Assembly: GCA_013265495.1 (NCBI GenBank)
Contig: MU057801.1
Span: 1,853,879-1,917,878, forward strand
Direction: 5' to 3'
Source: Vicugna vicugna
Lineage: Eukaryota
Length of the DNA: 64,000 bases
Of this stretch, positions 61,346-64,000 are shown in pieces; the stretch's first letter is position 1; every line of letters begins with the position of its first letter. The position numbers and the translations under genes are program-made. The notes beneath the pieces were generated by a model. The model was not told where the DNA came from, ran no database searches, and saw nothing but the letters and a program-made list of their open reading frames with translations.

Positions 61346-62281
61346 GTCCTGGGTGTCCTCAGCAGTGCGGCCTTGCCCTGGCGGCCAGCCCCCCTCCCGT
61401 CCAGCCTTCCAGGAAAGGAGCCCCAGACAAGTCCCAGGTGGCACCGTATCCAGCAGCCGCGCGGCCTCGAGGCAACAGGCGGCGTCCTCTCCCGTCGACA
61501 CCTTCGCTCCCCAGCCTGCCCGTATGTCCTTTATGATGAAAACAGCAATCTAATGAAGTCGAGTTTTCCAGCCTAAAATTCTACTTTTCTCATCCTTGGC
61601 TGCTGGCTTGAATCAACTTGGGGATGTTAAAATAGGGGTGCTGGGTCCCACACACAGGGGTGTGACCTCCCACCTGGGCCCTGGGGGTCTTCACAGCTCC
61701 CAGGTGACTGGACCACGTGGCCGAGTTGAGAAGGCCAGGATGGAGGAAGGAAAGCCTCAGGGGCTGCTCGCAGATTCCTTTCTCTGTGCACCTGCCTGGG
61801 TATCTGAGGCCCCCAGATCCTGACTCCCCCTGTCCTGAACCCATGCCTCCCCGCTACTCTGTGTACCCAAGAGCTCCATGCTTTCCCGCCTGCCCTTGAG
61901 TCGGGGTGTCCCTCTCTGCCTAGGACTCAGAACACACTCTTGTGACCACCGGGCCAGGTGGGGCTCAGGACTCTGGTCCAGCAATGGGTCGTCTGCCTCT
62001 CACTGTGCTGTTTCTTCTGACCTCCAGCCCCTGGACTCCAGGAACCTACCCTCACTGTCAGGAACACGCCCGCCCTGCTCCTGGTGGCAATGATGTCCTT
62101 CAGGAAGGGGGACCCTGTGGAGGCATCAGCACCTGCAGCCATACGGGGGCTTCGGGAGATGCCAGGGTGCCTGTGGCAGGTCCCCCAGGTGCTTCCTGAC
62201 AAACACCAGAGGGTGCACAGCCACCTCCATGTCCTTGATGTTCATCCCGAAGGTCTTGAGGATGAAGAAGACTCCTGGAGT

Positions 62282-62600
62282 GTGCAAATCACAGCCACGG
62301 TGAGATACCACCTCACACTCACTTCCAGGGCCAAGATTTGTTTAGGAAAAGGAATGTAAGTGTTGGCACTCTAGTACGTGTCTGGTGGGAGGGTTCAATG
62401 CTGCGCCCACTGTGGAGGGCAGTTCCTCAAAATAGTCACGTAGAGTTGCCCTGTGATTCATCAATTTCACTGCACAGTGTAGAGCCAAGGCTCCGAAAGC
62501 AGGAACCTGGGTACACGGACACGTGTCCCAGCGGCGTCACTGCAGCCAAAAGGTGGCAACGGCCGGGATGTCAGGTGAATGGGTACATTCATGAATGAAT
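62282..62600 (+). mobile_element. Decayed L1M ORF2 3' fragment
   Basis: tgcaaatcacagccacggtgagataccacctcacac...cactgtggagggcagttcctcaaaatagtcacgtagagttgccctgtgattcatcaatttcact...gcagccaaaaggtggcaac. Confidence 0.8.
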
Positions 62601-62619
62601 TACATATACACACTCACAT

Positions 62620-62865
62620 TTGTATTAATTGTATTAATTATATATTGTAGAATTAATTGTGTTAATAGTTATGTATTATTTAAATATATATTATCTATTA
62701 ATTATATAGTATATAATTAATTGTACTAATATTTATATTATATAAATATATTATTGTGTGTTATTGATTACATATTACATAATGAATTGTATTAATAATT
62801 ATATATTATATAAATATATTATTATTTAATAAGCAATACATATGTTGTAATAAAATGTATTAAAA
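62620..62865. repeat. AT-rich (TA/TAAT) low-complexity tract
   Basis: Nearly pure A/T, with repeated aattgtattaat and tatattatataaatatatt. Confidence 0.9.
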
Positions 62866-63319
62866 CAACAGGTGTTCAGTGTTAGAGTAACCTTACAAAA
62901 CACATAACGTAATCTAAATTGAAACTGAAGGATAAGATTAAAAATGTGAAGCAATTCCTCCCCTGATCGCGGGAAAACACCCACAGCTGTGCCCCTTTGC
63001 TGTGAAATTCCAGGAGTTCAAGTCTGAAGAGGTGCTGCTCTCCTTCCTGGCTTCTGTGGAAATTTAGGCTGAAGGATGAAGCTTGTTATGTGGCTGTTTT
63101 TAAGGTGCCTATTTTCTTTTCCAAATTTCCTCTGGAAAGACGGCGTGAGTGTTCGAACTCCTTCCATCAGGTCCGCCTGCCGTGACGACAGACGGGTGCC
63201 GGGACGTGCTGTGAGGATGAGGCCATGAGGCTGGCCCGCCCCCCGGAGGCTCTGGTGCCAGGACCCGGGCGTGGACACGTGTATTTGAGGGTCTCCAAAC
63301 ACAGAGCTGTCTTCCACTT

Positions 63320-63520
63320 TATACTCTGTGCAGTGGGAGCCCTCCAGGCGTCTAACCAGCTGTTTGCCTCTAATCAAATCCAGTCCCTTGGAAGGATAAG
63401 ACACGAGTCCTGAGAGTTCCAGTGAGAGCCAGAGATCACACAGCTGGGCGGCGCCGGCCTCGGGCGGGAAGGCGGGTTTCAAGGACAGCTTTGCGGGAGC
63501 TGACTCCCGAGGCTGCAGGC
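63320..63520 (-). mobile_element. Decayed MIR-like fragment
   Basis: cctgagagttccagtgagagccagagatcacacagctgg...gggtttcaa...ctgactcccgaggc resembles the antisense MIR core. Confidence 0.4.
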
Positions 63521-64000
63521 CTGCCTGGGGCGATCCTAATGCAGCGACACTGCGATGTCTGGAAAACAAAGATGGGGACGTCTCACTTCGGAGCAGAGCA
63601 AGGCAGAACAGGAGAAGGCAACTTGAAAAGAGGATTCTGCTTGATGAAGAACCGTCGTTTACAAAATGAAGTCCGTGAACGCGGTGCGTTATTGCCTCAC
63701 CCCTCCGCTCTGAAGAGGGCAAACTTCCAAGGAAGTTTCTAGGCTGAGTTATGTGAAGATGCCAAGATCTGGCTGTTTTCGGCCTGGGAGAACACCAAGT
63801 GCAAACGATCCAGCCTCACTCTGGGACACGGCCAGTCTCTCTCTGTGACATGGCCAGTAAACCCCTGCACGTGTGACGTCAAAGGAGAAAAATCTTCCCC
63901 TGACGTATTAAAAATATGCCTGAGTGGGGGCAGCTCTGACTGAAGGACAAGTCACCAGGAACGAAAATTAAACTGGCAATTAGCCACGTGTGAGTGCACG

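Noticed and set aside
61630..61950. Possible ERVL-type LTR remnant
   Set aside because: Only a vague resemblance at the 3' end; not enough to call without a search.
1..64000. Naming the host gene or chromosomal locus
   Set aside because: No recognisable coding exon, so any gene name would be a guess. BLAT of the unique blocks (e.g. 18050-18620) is needed.

Overview
This is mammalian genomic DNA, not prokaryotic. It is most likely from a camelid: three short tRNA-derived SINEs resemble the camelid Vic-1-type SINE, and there are cetartiodactyl-type L1 3' ends. The window is GC-rich, CpG-rich and non-coding (intergenic or a large intron), with one 47-nt N gap. I can support no intact protein-coding gene, functional RNA gene or CRISPR array. 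The only ORFs with recognisable homology are decayed LINE-1 ORF2 remnants; the other long ORFs look like GC-content artefacts. The window is a mosaic of old interspersed repeats: L1, L2, MIR, MaLR/ERVL LTRs, Tigger/MER2/MER82, Charlie1, MER5A and MER33. Several of these are nested with visible target-site duplications (TSDs). There are also simple repeats and locally AT-richer unique blocks with dense transcription-factor motifs (candidate enhancers). The most notable signals are: (1) a strong but patchy AT-to-GC shift in repeat copies, suggesting GC-biased gene conversion; (2) a candidate unannotated promoter and first exon at about 9.75-10.25 kb; (3) a 51-bp minisatellite that multiplies motifs inside an AP-1-flanked enhancer-like block next to a CpG island. 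Repeat subfamily names come from my recall of consensus sequences, not from a database search. I found no evidence of a new multi-gene system.
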